In this document: piece after piece, positions 45,316 through 54,978 of the stretch | Position numbering within the stretch: position 1 is the stretch's first letter | Layout of the letters: each line of letters begins with the position of its first letter | Assembly: GCA_963771355.1 (NCBI GenBank) | Contig: CAVYTA010000001.1 | Coordinates: 128,001-192,000 of the forward strand | Length of the DNA: 64,000 nucleotides | Direction: 5' to 3' | Source: an uncultured Candidatus Rokubacteria bacterium | Lineage (GTDB): Bacteria > Methylomirabilota > Methylomirabilia > Rokubacteriales > CSP1-6 | Made by a program: the position numbers and the translations under genes | The notes under the pieces: model-generated | Database searches by the model: none | Seen by the model: only the letters and a program-made list of their open reading frames with translations | What the model was told of the DNA's origin: nothing

Positions 45316-46236
45316 CTAGCCCAGTAGCGCGAGCAGGCGCTCGCGCGCGGCCGCGTCCGGGAGCGCGCCGATCCCCGCCTTCATGTTGTCCTGGAGATGC
45401 TCGCGCCGGCTCGTGGCGGGGATGGCGCAGGTGACGGCGGGATGCGCGAGAATCCACTTGAGAAAGAGCTGCGCCCAGCTCTCGGCGCCGAAGTCGGCGG
45501 CCCAGGCGGGGAGCGACTGGCCGCGCACGCGCTGGAAGAGCGCGCCCTCGGTGAAGGGGCGGTTCACGAGCACGGCGATCCCGCGGTCTCGGGCCAGCGG
45601 CAGGATGCGCTGCTCCGCTTCGCGCTCGCCGGCGGAATAGTTCACCTGGACGAAGTCCAGCGGCTCGGCGCGCAGCACGCGCTCGAGCTCGTCGTGCGCG
45701 CCCGCCGTGTAGTGGGTGACGCCGATGTAGCGGAGGCGGCCGGCCGCCTTCCAGTCGCGGAGCGTCCGGAGCTGGGCGCGCCAGTCGAGCAGGTTGTGGA
45801 TCTGCATGAGGTCGAGGCGCCGGGCCCGCAGGCGCCGGAACGACTGCTCCATCTGCGCGAGGCCGGCCTCGCGTCCGCTCGCCCAGACCTTGGTGGCGAA
45901 GAAGAGCTTGTCGGCGACGCCCAGCTCGCCGGCGAGGTCGCCCACCACCGCCTCGGCGGCGCCGTACATGGGTGACGAATCGACGACGCGGCCGCCCAGG
46001 GCCACGAAGGCGCCGATTACCTCCTTGAGCGGGGCGCGCTCGGCGGCGCCGGCGCCCACGTCGAAGGTGCGCCAGGTGCCCAGCCCCACCACGGGCAGCA
46101 TCTCGCCGCTCGACGGGATGGGGCGCGCCCGGAGCGGCTCCGCGGACGCGGCGCGGCTCGGCACGACGGCGGCCGCCGCCAGCAGACGGAGGGCCATTCG
46201 TCGGGTGAGTGGCAAGCCGACCTGCTCAGGCGTCAT
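45316..46236 (-). CDS. Aldo/keto reductase with Tat-like leader
   Basis: TRRMAL leader; VGLGTW, DSSPMYG, ATKV, DLMQIHN, IPAT. Confidence 0.9.
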   Translation of the reverse strand: MTPEQVGLPLTRRMALRLLAAAAVVPSRAASAEPLRARPIPSSGEMLPVVGLGTWRTFDVGAGAAERAPLKEVIGAFVALGGRVVDSSPMYGAAEAVVGDLAGELGVADKLFFATKVWASGREAGLAQMEQSFRRLRARRLDLMQIHNLLDWRAQLRTLRDWKAAGRLRYIGVTHYTAGAHDELERVLRAEPLDFVQVNYSAGEREAEQRILPLARDRGIAVLVNRPFTEGALFQRVRGQSLPAWAADFGAESWAQLFLKWILAHPAVTCAIPATSRREHLQDNMKAGIGALPDAAARERLLALLG

Positions 46237-47485
46237 CGCGCAGTTGTTCCTCCCGCCGGCCGAGATAGACGGCCAGCGCGATCCACAGCGCGGCCAGCGG
46301 AAGCGCCACCAGCGAGACGCCGGCCATCCCGAGGCCGAGCGCGGACAGTCCGGCGAAGGCCCAGCCGCTCAGCGCGTCGCCGCCCCGGGAAATGACCGTG
46401 TCGATGAGGTTCTTGGTCTTGTACTTGTCCTCGCGGGGTACCACGGTGAACAGCATCTCACGGGCCGGTCCGGTGATCCCGTATTGCGCCGCGCGCCGCA
46501 GCACCTGGAACATGATCAAGACGCCCGCCGTCGCGGCCAGGGTGAGCACCGTGAATCCGGCCAGGGTCAGCACCGGAAGCGCCGGCAATACGCGGGTCAC
46601 CCCGAAGCGCGCCGCCAGGGCTCCGGTCACGAAGAGCTGGGCGCCAATGGTCAGCGCGTTCACGATCAGGTCCATCACGGCGAAGACGGCGGTGCGCCGG
46701 CCGGGGTCGGCGAAGGCCGACCGCATGATCTGCGCCTGCTGGAAGTACACGAAGGTCGCGAAGAGGGTGCCGAGCGCGACGAAGAGCGCGATGCCGGCGA
46801 GATAGGTCGATCCCAGCACCCGCGTGAAGCCGCCCAGCGCGCCGCCGCCGAGGGGCGATTCGTCGGCGGGGAGGGTGCCGGGCCCGGCCGCGTCCCCTCG
46901 GAGGCGCGCGACGCAGACCAGCGCGCCGGCGAGGAGCGCGGCGGCCACCGGCAACAAGTTGACCGGGCCCATCCGGGGCGCCAGCAGCGCGGTCACCGCG
47001 GGCCCCACCAGGGCCCCCGCGCTGCCGCCGGCGGCGATGAAGCCGAACAGCCGCCGCGCCTGCTCCTCGCGCCAGACGTCCGCCATGAAGCTCCAGAATA
47101 CCGACACCACGAAGAGGTTGAAGACGCTGAGCCAGATGAAGAAGGCGGCGGGCGCCCAGGCCGGCGCCCCCACTCCCCGGAGCAGCGCGAAGAGCCCCAG
47201 GATGCAGGCGATGAAAAATGCGTACACCACCGGCAGGAGCGTCCGCCGCGGGAAGCGGGCCGCGAGCAAGCCGAAGAGGGGGACCGCCGCCACCATGGCG
47301 GCGAAGGTACCGGTGAAGAGCCACGGGAGCTGCTCCACGCCCGTGGCCACGCCCATCTCCTCGCGCACGGGCCGCAGCACGTAGTAGCTCGCGAGCACGC
47401 AGAAGAAGTACGCGAAGGACCACAGCGCGGCGCGCCCCTCGCCGGGCCGGATCGCGAGCAGGCGCCCAGCCCGGTCGGTCAGCAC
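46226..47485 (-). CDS. MFS-fold transporter of the NTT/TLC (ADP/ATP translocase-like) group
   Basis: YYVLRPVREEMG, VSVFWSFMAD..ARRLFG, PAREML..KYKTKNLIDTV..RGGD. Confidence 0.8.
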   Translation of the reverse strand: MLTDRAGRLLAIRPGEGRAALWSFAYFFCVLASYYVLRPVREEMGVATGVEQLPWLFTGTFAAMVAAVPLFGLLAARFPRRTLLPVVYAFFIACILGLFALLRGVGAPAWAPAAFFIWLSVFNLFVVSVFWSFMADVWREEQARRLFGFIAAGGSAGALVGPAVTALLAPRMGPVNLLPVAAALLAGALVCVARLRGDAAGPGTLPADESPLGGGALGGFTRVLGSTYLAGIALFVALGTLFATFVYFQQAQIMRSAFADPGRRTAVFAVMDLIVNALTIGAQLFVTGALAARFGVTRVLPALPVLTLAGFTVLTLAATAGVLIMFQVLRRAAQYGITGPAREMLFTVVPREDKYKTKNLIDTVISRGGDALSGWAFAGLSALGLGMAGVSLVALPLAALWIALAVYLGRREEQLRDDA

Positions 47486-47498
47486 TCGACCGCCGCGG

Positions 47499-48731
47499 TC
47501 AGGCCGACGACGTCGGGGCCGCCGCCGTCGCGGGCTCGCGCGCTCCCAGCGGGCAGCCCGGCGGCATCGCCGCCTTCTTCTTGGCGATGATGTCCTTGGC
47601 GTAGCGCGCGAGGTAGTGGGTGATGGTCTCCACGCGGATCTTCACCGAGCCCGCCGGCTTGGTGGAGTCGAGATCCTGGAACGAGAAGAAGAGCGTCCCC
47701 GACCGCTCGACGATCTGCTGCACCGGCGTATACGTCGGCTGGTCCATCCCGCACTCGTAGCTGGCCAGCCGCACCACGCAGGCCACCCAGGGCGTGCGCG
47801 CGGCCGCCTTGGCGCCCCAGAGGATCTCGTTGGTGTTGGACGAGTAGGACGAGGGCCACACGTCCCGGATGTCGAAGGGGGAGCGGATGTGGCCGGCGCG
47901 GATGTCGTCTCCGAAGGCCCACTCCATGAGGTCCGGATCGGTGGGGAAGTACTGGGCCCACAGGACAGGATAGCCGTAGGCCTGGAGGTCCACCTCGATC
48001 TCGTGCCCGATCCCGGGGTCCATGTGGTACGGCCGGGCGAGCACCAGCAGGCAGGGCCGGTCCTCGCGCGCGCACCACTCGAGCACCTCGCGGCCCTTAC
48101 GGCGGAGCCGCGTGCTGAAGTCCGCCAGCGCCTTGTAGCCCGCGTCCACCGCGCGCGCCGTCTCCTCGGCGGTGAGCCCAGGGATGGCCTCCTGGAGGCC
48201 TTCCCAGAGCTGCTTGGGCACGAGCTTGGGCTCGTCCAGCGAGACGAAGGGCGAGGCGTAGCGGATGCCCTGCTCGGCGAAGACGTCGCGCTCCTTGATG
48301 AAGCCGGCCTTGATGTTCTCCGGCGCCGCCATCACGCGCGGGCAGGTCAGGGTGCGCGCCACGTGGCCGGAGAGGAAGGACGGCAGGTTGTAGATCATGG
48401 GCGAGAAGAGGACGTCGAGCTTCTCCTTCTGCCCGAAGATCAGCTCCCCGTAGTGCCCGGCGATGCACTTGACGGGATAGCAGCAGTCCACCGTGCCGCG
48501 GCCCTTGCCGAACTGGCGGCCCTGCTCCTCCGAGGTGTCCGAGGAGAAGACGAGCTTCCGCGCGTCCACGCCGAGCGCCCCGAAGAATCCCACCCAGAAC
48601 TGATGGGTGGACCAGAGGTTCAGAACGCGCGGGATCCCGATCCGGAGGCTAGCCCGCGGCGGCGGCGGACTCGACCCGGGGGCGGCGGAACGCGTCCGTC
48701 CGAACCATCTCGGCAACGTTAGGGTACTCAC
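47499..48731 (-). CDS. DUF2229 / acyl-CoA dehydratase activase-related protein
   Basis: IGIPRVL, DCCYPVK, TCPRV, LARPYH, SYECGMD, KIRVET. Confidence 0.82.
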   Translation of the reverse strand: MSTLTLPRWFGRTRSAAPGSSPPPPRASLRIGIPRVLNLWSTHQFWVGFFGALGVDARKLVFSSDTSEEQGRQFGKGRGTVDCCYPVKCIAGHYGELIFGQKEKLDVLFSPMIYNLPSFLSGHVARTLTCPRVMAAPENIKAGFIKERDVFAEQGIRYASPFVSLDEPKLVPKQLWEGLQEAIPGLTAEETARAVDAGYKALADFSTRLRRKGREVLEWCAREDRPCLLVLARPYHMDPGIGHEIEVDLQAYGYPVLWAQYFPTDPDLMEWAFGDDIRAGHIRSPFDIRDVWPSSYSSNTNEILWGAKAAARTPWVACVVRLASYECGMDQPTYTPVQQIVERSGTLFFSFQDLDSTKPAGSVKIRVETITHYLARYAKDIIAKKKAAMPPGCPLGAREPATAAAPTSSA

Positions 48732-50907
48732 GCTTGACCTCCTCGAGCTTGGACTTCACCTCGCGCAGCTCGTTGACGTCCTCCACCAGCCCCTTGGGGC
48801 AGGAGTTGCCGCTGATCACCCGCTCCCAGCCTTTGGCGAGCGGCAGCTTGCTCCACGGGCGGCCCTGCGCCCCGGGGAGCTGGACGTCGATGAAGGTGCG
48901 CGTGCAGTTGATCGGGCACCACTTGCAGACGGTCTCCGCCGCGGTCGTGCTCGTGTAGGTGAGGGCGGCGATGGCCTCGAAGCCGCGGAAGCGGCTGCTC
49001 GCGGCCTTCGCGCGCCAGTCCGCCGCACAGAGGGCGGCGCCGATGGCCCCCGCCTCGCCGGAGTAGGGGTGGAGCACCACGTCGGCGTCCGGCACTTTGC
49101 CGCGGATGAAATCCACCTGGGCCTTCACCACCGCCATGTTCCGGTGGGTGCCGCCCTGGAGCACGAACTTGCGCCCGACGGATCGAAGATTCTGCAATTG
49201 ACCGGCGTAGATCCACACGTTGATGGGCAGCACCGCGGCCAGCGCGGCCATGATCTCCTCGGCCGCCCAGCCCTTGCGCTGCTGGTTCACGATGTCGGAC
49301 TGGAGGAACACGCCGCAGCCCATGGCCAGGGTCGGCATGGCCTTGGCCTCGAACGCGCGGTCGGCATAGGCCTCGAGGGGGATCGAGTAGCGCTCGGCCA
49401 CCCCCTGGAGGAAGGCGCCGTTCCCGGACGAGCACTGGGAGTTCAGCCGGAAGTCGGCCACCGTGCCCTGGCGCAGGATCATGATCTTGACGTCGGTGCC
49501 GCCCACGTCGCAGATCACGTCGGCGTCCGGGAAGAAGTGGAGCGTCCCCGTGGCATGCGCCACCGTCTCCACCACCGCCATGTCGGCGCCCAGCACGTCC
49601 TTGAGGAGATCCTTGCCGTAGCCGGTCAGCGCGAGCCCCGCCACCTCGCTGAAGCCCGCCTCCCGCACCTGCTTGAAGAGCGACTGGGCGTCCTCGATGG
49701 GATTGCCCTTGGACAGCGCATAGCAGGAGAAGAGGAGCTCGCGCTCAGGCGAGAGCACCACCGCCTTCGCGGTGGTGCTGCCGAAGTCGCAGCCCACGAG
49801 CACCGGGCCCGCGTGGACGGGCGCGACTTCCACGGGCGGCGCGGACGCGCCGGGACGCTTGAGGTCGTACGCAGAGACGAAGGCCTCGAGGTCGCTGGCG
49901 CAGGAGACCAGGGCCTTGCCGCCGGCCTTGGCCTTCTGCTCGGCCTGGCCCTCGTCCACCCACCAGCGCAGCTTGTCCCGTCCCTGGTAGACGGCCACCC
50001 CCTCGGGCTCGCCCTGGCCGATCTCCACGCAGCCCATGCAGGCGTAGTAGAGCGCCTCCTTGGGCACCACGATGCAGTCGGTGGGCGTGCGGCCCTCGGG
50101 GAGCGTGATCTTGCGCTGCTCCCAGAGCTTGGCCAGGTGATGCCGCCACGCCTCCTGGAGCCCCCGGAAGAAGAGGTTGGGCCCGCCCAGCAGCAAGACC
50201 TCCGGCGAGGGCGTATTCCCCTTGGTGAGCGTGGCGAGGTTCTGGTAGACCACCGCCTCGAAGAGGCTGGCAATGATCTCCTCCACCGGCACCCCCGTCT
50301 TCACGAGGGTGTTCGCGTCCGTCTCGGCGAAGATGCCGCACTTGCTGCTGACCTTGTGGAGGCTCATGCCCTCGTAGGGCATGTCGGCCAGCCGCTCGCT
50401 GGCCACGGAGAGCTTGCGCGCGGTCTTCTCGATGAAGGTACCGGTGCCGCCGCTGCACGCGGACTGCATGTAGACCTGCTTGGACTTCCCGGCGCCGCTG
50501 GGCGTGAAGAAGATGGTCTTCATGTCCTCGCCGCCGATCTCGGACACGAAGCGCACGTCGGGGTGCTGCCGCTCCACGCAGGCGGCGACGGCCACCACCT
50601 CCTGGACCATCTTGGCGCCCACCAGCGGACCGAGGAAACCCGCGCCCGAGCCGGTGAAGAACACGCGGTCGCGGCCCACCGTGACCTGCGCTTCCTCCTC
50701 CATACGGCCGAGGAACTCGAGGACCTTCTCCGCCTGGCGGGTATTGTGGCGCTGGTAGTCCTGCCAGATTACCTTTCCTGGCCCCCCTCGCTCCGCTCGG
50801 GAAGCATTTCCATATCCGCTCGCCTCGCCTTCGGCTGCGTCTCGCCCAACTTCGACCACCAAGGCCTTCACCGTGGTGGAGCCGACATCCATGCCGATGT
50901 ATTTCAT
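48649..50907 (-). CDS. Tandem BadF/BadG/BcrA/BcrD (HgdC-type) ATP-dependent [4Fe-4S] activase
   Basis: GMDVGSTTVKA/EIGGEDMK/ACSGGTG/KCGIFAE, then GCDFGSTTAKA/DVGGTDVK/QCSSGNG/GCGVFL; CKWCPINC..GNSC. Confidence 0.9.
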   Translation of the reverse strand: MKYIGMDVGSTTVKALVVEVGRDAAEGEASGYGNASRAERGGPGKVIWQDYQRHNTRQAEKVLEFLGRMEEEAQVTVGRDRVFFTGSGAGFLGPLVGAKMVQEVVAVAACVERQHPDVRFVSEIGGEDMKTIFFTPSGAGKSKQVYMQSACSGGTGTFIEKTARKLSVASERLADMPYEGMSLHKVSSKCGIFAETDANTLVKTGVPVEEIIASLFEAVVYQNLATLTKGNTPSPEVLLLGGPNLFFRGLQEAWRHHLAKLWEQRKITLPEGRTPTDCIVVPKEALYYACMGCVEIGQGEPEGVAVYQGRDKLRWWVDEGQAEQKAKAGGKALVSCASDLEAFVSAYDLKRPGASAPPVEVAPVHAGPVLVGCDFGSTTAKAVVLSPERELLFSCYALSKGNPIEDAQSLFKQVREAGFSEVAGLALTGYGKDLLKDVLGADMAVVETVAHATGTLHFFPDADVICDVGGTDVKIMILRQGTVADFRLNSQCSSGNGAFLQGVAERYSIPLEAYADRAFEAKAMPTLAMGCGVFLQSDIVNQQRKGWAAEEIMAALAAVLPINVWIYAGQLQNLRSVGRKFVLQGGTHRNMAVVKAQVDFIRGKVPDADVVLHPYSGEAGAIGAALCAADWRAKAASSRFRGFEAIAALTYTSTTAAETVCKWCPINCTRTFIDVQLPGAQGRPWSKLPLAKGWERVISGNSCPKGLVEDVNELREVKSKLEEVKREYPNVAEMVRTDAFRRPRVESAAAAG
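50782..50847. repeat. Copy of the 35.3-kb repeat unit inserted in frame in the activase gene
   Basis: CCTCGCTCCGCTCGGGAA...TATCCGCTCGCCTCGCCTTCGGCTGCGTCTCGCC; reads GRDAAEGEASGYGNASRAERGG on the minus strand. Confidence 0.88.
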
Positions 50908-52466
50908 GCCGCCGCCTTGAGATGCCCCGCCTTGCGTGCGACGTGGAGGACCATGTTGGCCGCCGTCCCCGCGCAACCCATGTGGGGCACCTTGTAGTCG
51001 GCCCGCTTCATCTTCGGGTGCGCCTCGAGGTAGGCGCGGATGGCGTCGAGCGTCATGCCACTCCGGGCCAGCGCCTCATCGAACTCGCGCTGCGCGCGCT
51101 TCTTGGCCTCGGTGAGGATCATCTGGCAACGCGAGAGCGCGTGGACCTCCGCGTCGCCCTTGATCTCGAGCGGCGCGTAGAGGAGGTCGGGGAACTTGCC
51201 GATCACGCCGGACATGGCGCCGATGCTCATGGTGTTCGGCATGCAGGAGTAGGGCGAGAGCTCGCAGATCATGTGGGCCTTCTTCTTGGTATGGGCCCAG
51301 ATGGCCTTGCCGATCAGCATGTCGCCCTCGCCGCCGTCGAGCCGGTGGTTGAAGTAGGGTGCGGCGAGGCGGCGCAGCTCCTTCTGATACGGCAGCTCGT
51401 GGGCGAGGCTGCCCATGGCCCGGCGCAGCCGGCCGAACACGCCGCGGTAGATCGCCTGCACGGCGCGGCCGATGCCCAGCTTGAGGCGGGCGCCGCGCTC
51501 GATACCCGAGTAGTCCTCGAACTTCTGCAGCCCCAGCCGCAGGAGATAGTCCATCCACACCGTGATGCCCGCGGGATAGACCTCGGCGCCCTCCGCCTCC
51601 AGCCAGCGATGGATATTGTAGTTGGGATCGCCCTCCACGGTCTGAAGGTAGAACTCGCCGGTGATCTTCACGGTGGGCTTGGCGCGCAGCCGGTCCAGCT
51701 CGATCGACGCGAACTTCTGCCGGATCGCGCGCATGGCTTTCACGAAGCGCCGGGTGGTGAGGTACCACGCCACCGACTTGTAGGGGCCGAGCTGGGGCCG
51801 GTGGCGGAACGCCTGGTAGAGGAGCTCCACCGACTCCCTCGCCACCGCGTCGGTCGCCCCCGGCACCACCTCGTACGGCCGCACCTGGTACTCGAGGTCC
51901 TGGACCAGATCGGTAGTGAAGATGGCCCACAGGCAGCCGAGGGTCACCGGCAGGTTCAGGTCGATGCCGTCGCCCATGGCCGCCTTCTGGTCGAGCTGGT
52001 CCTGGGCGAGGAGGAACATGCGGAAGGCGTCGAGCCCCGAGTTGCGCAGCGCCAGCTCGTAGCTCTGGTGATACTGGCCGAAGCGGCAGGCTCCGCAGGA
52101 GCCGGCGGTGAGGTAGACGAACTTCTTGTTGACCTCCTCCGCGCCGATCTCCCCTGACTTCTTCTTGAGGACGTTGATCAAGTTGCCGGTGGTGAAGCTG
52201 GTGGGGCAGCACTGGCCGATGTCGGCGACCTCGCGCCCGGTGAGGAGGTCCTCCTTGGTGGCGACGGGCAGCACTTCCGCCTTGTGCCCCCCGCTCTCCA
52301 GCACCGCCTGCAGGATGCGCTCCACGCGCCAGTGCAGGCCCCCAAAGAGAATGGTCACCGAATCGCGCTCCGCGCGTGTGAACGGCTTCGGCGTGTAGGC
52401 TCGGTAGTGCTGCGGGGCGTCGGATCGCTCGGTCGTTGCCGGTCGCTCAGTCGTTGCGGTGGCCAT
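50904..52466 (-). CDS. 2-hydroxyacyl-CoA dehydratase-like Fe-S reductase component
   Basis: GQCCPT, GSCGACRFGQY, ITGEFY, GGEG, PYSCMPN; 4-bp overlap with the activase gene. Confidence 0.8.
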   Translation of the reverse strand: MATATTERPATTERSDAPQHYRAYTPKPFTRAERDSVTILFGGLHWRVERILQAVLESGGHKAEVLPVATKEDLLTGREVADIGQCCPTSFTTGNLINVLKKKSGEIGAEEVNKKFVYLTAGSCGACRFGQYHQSYELALRNSGLDAFRMFLLAQDQLDQKAAMGDGIDLNLPVTLGCLWAIFTTDLVQDLEYQVRPYEVVPGATDAVARESVELLYQAFRHRPQLGPYKSVAWYLTTRRFVKAMRAIRQKFASIELDRLRAKPTVKITGEFYLQTVEGDPNYNIHRWLEAEGAEVYPAGITVWMDYLLRLGLQKFEDYSGIERGARLKLGIGRAVQAIYRGVFGRLRRAMGSLAHELPYQKELRRLAAPYFNHRLDGGEGDMLIGKAIWAHTKKKAHMICELSPYSCMPNTMSIGAMSGVIGKFPDLLYAPLEIKGDAEVHALSRCQMILTEAKKRAQREFDEALARSGMTLDAIRAYLEAHPKMKRADYKVPHMGCAGTAANMVLHVARKAGHLKAAA

Positions 52467-52498
52467 GTCGCTCTCCTTTTTGGGCTACTCCGAGCCGC

Positions 52499-53287
52499 TC
52501 AGCTTGCCCGACTGTCCATGTACGCTTCGAGAAGCCGCACGGTCTCGAATCCGGGCAGCCGCCGGATGGTGTCGTCCACCTTGCGGGCCGCCGCCCGCCC
52601 CTCCGACCCGTCGAAGAGATATCGCCCGAGGAACTCGAGTTCCGTGCGCGGCTGTACGCCGCTGCCCACGGGAGCCCAGAAACGGTCAACCAGGGCGCGG
52701 GCGACCCGGGCCACGCCCGGCCGCCGCAGCCGGATCTCGGCCTGGCGATAGTAGAAGAAGAAGTGCCGGGACTCGTCGCGCGTGATGCGCTCGAGAAGAT
52801 CCGCGAGCACGGGGTGCCCGGCGAGGGCCGCCAGCCGGCGATAGCCGGTGAGCGTGGTCAGCTCGTTGATGGCGCCCCAGATCATGTGCACCGCGCAGAA
52901 ATCCGGCCAGGCGCGCGAGAGCAGCGCGGTCAGTCCGGCTTCCAGCCGCTTGCCCAGGGGCTCGCGGCCCCGCGCTCGGGACCGGGCGCTCACCGGGTGG
53001 CCGGCCGCCTCGAGAAACTGTGCCAGCGCCAGGCCGTGGAAGGTCTCCTCGTGAAGCCAGCAGGCCAAGAAGGTGGCCACCTCGGGATCGTCGATGGCGC
53101 GGGTAGCCAGGAGCGAGCGGAGATAGACGATGGTATGGCTCTCGATATCCTGCATGTATCGCAGGGTGCGGGCTGCCTCCGGCGCCAGGCGATGGCGGGG
53201 GACCTCTTCCCATGCGATCGCCGACAGGTCCAGGGCGCCGGAACGGGCCACCCAGGCATCGAGATCGAAGCGCGTCAGGGTCGCCAT
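52499..53287 (-). CDS. Ferritin-like diiron protein (acyl-ACP desaturase-like)
   Basis: DIESH, EETFH, INELT, DESRH ligand pattern; FWAPVG. Confidence 0.78.
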   Translation of the reverse strand: MATLTRFDLDAWVARSGALDLSAIAWEEVPRHRLAPEAARTLRYMQDIESHTIVYLRSLLATRAIDDPEVATFLACWLHEETFHGLALAQFLEAAGHPVSARSRARGREPLGKRLEAGLTALLSRAWPDFCAVHMIWGAINELTTLTGYRRLAALAGHPVLADLLERITRDESRHFFFYYRQAEIRLRRPGVARVARALVDRFWAPVGSGVQPRTELEFLGRYLFDGSEGRAAARKVDDTIRRLPGFETVRLLEAYMDSRAS

Positions 53288-53397
53288 GTCGTCACCCGGT
53301 ACTACGCTCAGCCCCGGGGCCATGGATGACCACTGTAGCAGTGCGGTCTGCACCCGACTTATCCTCCTGGCGACACCACTACCAGCGCGCGCCCTAC

Positions 53398-54537
53398 CTA
53401 GGACGCGACGGTAGGCTCCGGCTCGTAGGCGTCACGTACCGTCACCGACAGCACGCCCTGGCGGCAGGTGGCCACCGTGTAGGTCGCATAGACTGCCCGG
53501 CACGGGGCGCCCTTGGCCGCGTGCAGCTCGAGCCGCGAGAGATCGCCAATCAGAGAGACGACCGTCTGGACATTGCGCCCGGGGAAGGGATGGGCGCAGA
53601 GGGTATGCGGCGCATTCGCATGGTCGCGATAGAAGCGCTGGACGTCGCTCACGCCGACGGGTCCGTCGGCACCGGTCAAGAGCGTCTCCAGACGCTCCCG
53701 ACGCTTCAACGAGTTCTCGGACGGCGTCTCCCGTCCCTGGAACACCGCCGCCTCGAGGTGGTTGGCGTGGACCAGGAGCCCGTCGCGTCCGTGGATGAGG
53801 CCGGCCTCGCGCCGGAGCAGCTCGGCGTCCACGAACGTGCCCGTTGCGTCGGCGATCAGCAGATTGCGCGAGGCCGCCCGGGGCGGACGCATCGCCGCCT
53901 CCAGTGCTCCCTCCGCCGTCTTCTCGCGGAGGGCCAAGCGGGAGAGCAGATAGCGCGGGAGGCCCTCCCCCCAGCCGCTGGGATCGTCCACGAAATTGGC
54001 GCACACTCCGACTCCGGCTTCGTTCAGCCCAGCATGGCCGAGCAGGCCCGCCGTCGTGTACATCACGGTGGCGGGCGCGTCAGCGGGCTCCTGACGCACG
54101 ATGACGCCGAACTCTTCGAGAAATGGGACAAGGTCCACGTTCTGCCCGAAGAGGACGCCGCCTGCTTCTCCCCGCCGTCCGCCCAGCGCGAAGGTGGTGC
54201 ACTCGCCGGGTGAGGCGGGCGCCGGCGTCGGGCGCTTGGCACGCAGGACCTCCGCGCGCGCCTGGAGCACCAGCAGCTCCGCCACGGGAATGTCCGCGCC
54301 GAGGGCCAGGCCCTGTAGCTCTTCCCACAGGAACGGGGCGTGCTCACGGATGGGCTGCGCATAGGGCTGCGCGGCCGCGATCACCGCGTCGCGCGCGGCG
54401 CCCGTCTCGCGGCACACGTGCGCGATCCACGCCTCCAGGTGCCGGTCGATGAGGGGCGCGAAGACCTGGCCGACCTGCTCGCCCATGGCTCCCCAGGAGC
54501 CGCGGGCGCCGACGAAGGGCAGGATGTCGGGAGCCAT
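53398..54537 (-). CDS. C45 family Ntn-hydrolase/acyltransferase
   Basis: EELQGLA, ECTT, GQNVD, GLNEAG, HANH. Confidence 0.85.
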   Translation of the reverse strand: MAPDILPFVGARGSWGAMGEQVGQVFAPLIDRHLEAWIAHVCRETGAARDAVIAAAQPYAQPIREHAPFLWEELQGLALGADIPVAELLVLQARAEVLRAKRPTPAPASPGECTTFALGGRRGEAGGVLFGQNVDLVPFLEEFGVIVRQEPADAPATVMYTTAGLLGHAGLNEAGVGVCANFVDDPSGWGEGLPRYLLSRLALREKTAEGALEAAMRPPRAASRNLLIADATGTFVDAELLRREAGLIHGRDGLLVHANHLEAAVFQGRETPSENSLKRRERLETLLTGADGPVGVSDVQRFYRDHANAPHTLCAHPFPGRNVQTVVSLIGDLSRLELHAAKGAPCRAVYATYTVATCRQGVLSVTVRDAYEPEPTVAS

Positions 54538-54681
54538 GATGGGGCCGAGCCTAGCGTGCGGTCGCGTCCACGTCAATCGGCGCATGCGCGGGCCGAGATA
54601 TTTCTTTTCCCCGGCGCTATTGGCTGCTAGCATGGTTGCAGATGACCTACGTCGTCTTCGGGTGCCATCGAGGCCCGGGTC

Positions 54682-54978
54682 GTGACGGACTTCCCGCCTG
54701 AGAAGCCCCCTGTAGCGCGTGCCTACTGTCCGGGCTGTGAACCGCTTGCCGACGCCCAGCAAGAAGTCCTCGACGTCCAGTGGTGCGAGGCGCATCTGCC
54801 CGCCCGCGAGGGCGCGGACGACGCCCTCGTGAGCTCGAACGGCACCCTCTTCGGGAGCGCGGAGGCGGGCGGGGATGGCAATCGCCTCTGGTGCGAGCTG
54901 CTGCATCGTCCCGCCGTGCGCCCCGATCGGGCCGCCCGCCCGCGTGGGCGCAGCGGCGAGCGCCACCCCGCTCCCTAG
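54682..54978 (+). CDS. Small Cys/His-rich hypothetical protein
   Basis: YCPGC, WCEAH, WCELLH; fills the gap between two minus-strand genes. Confidence 0.55.
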   Translation: MTDFPPEKPPVARAYCPGCEPLADAQQEVLDVQWCEAHLPAREGADDALVSSNGTLFGSAEAGGDGNRLWCELLHRPAVRPDRAARPRGRSGERHPAP

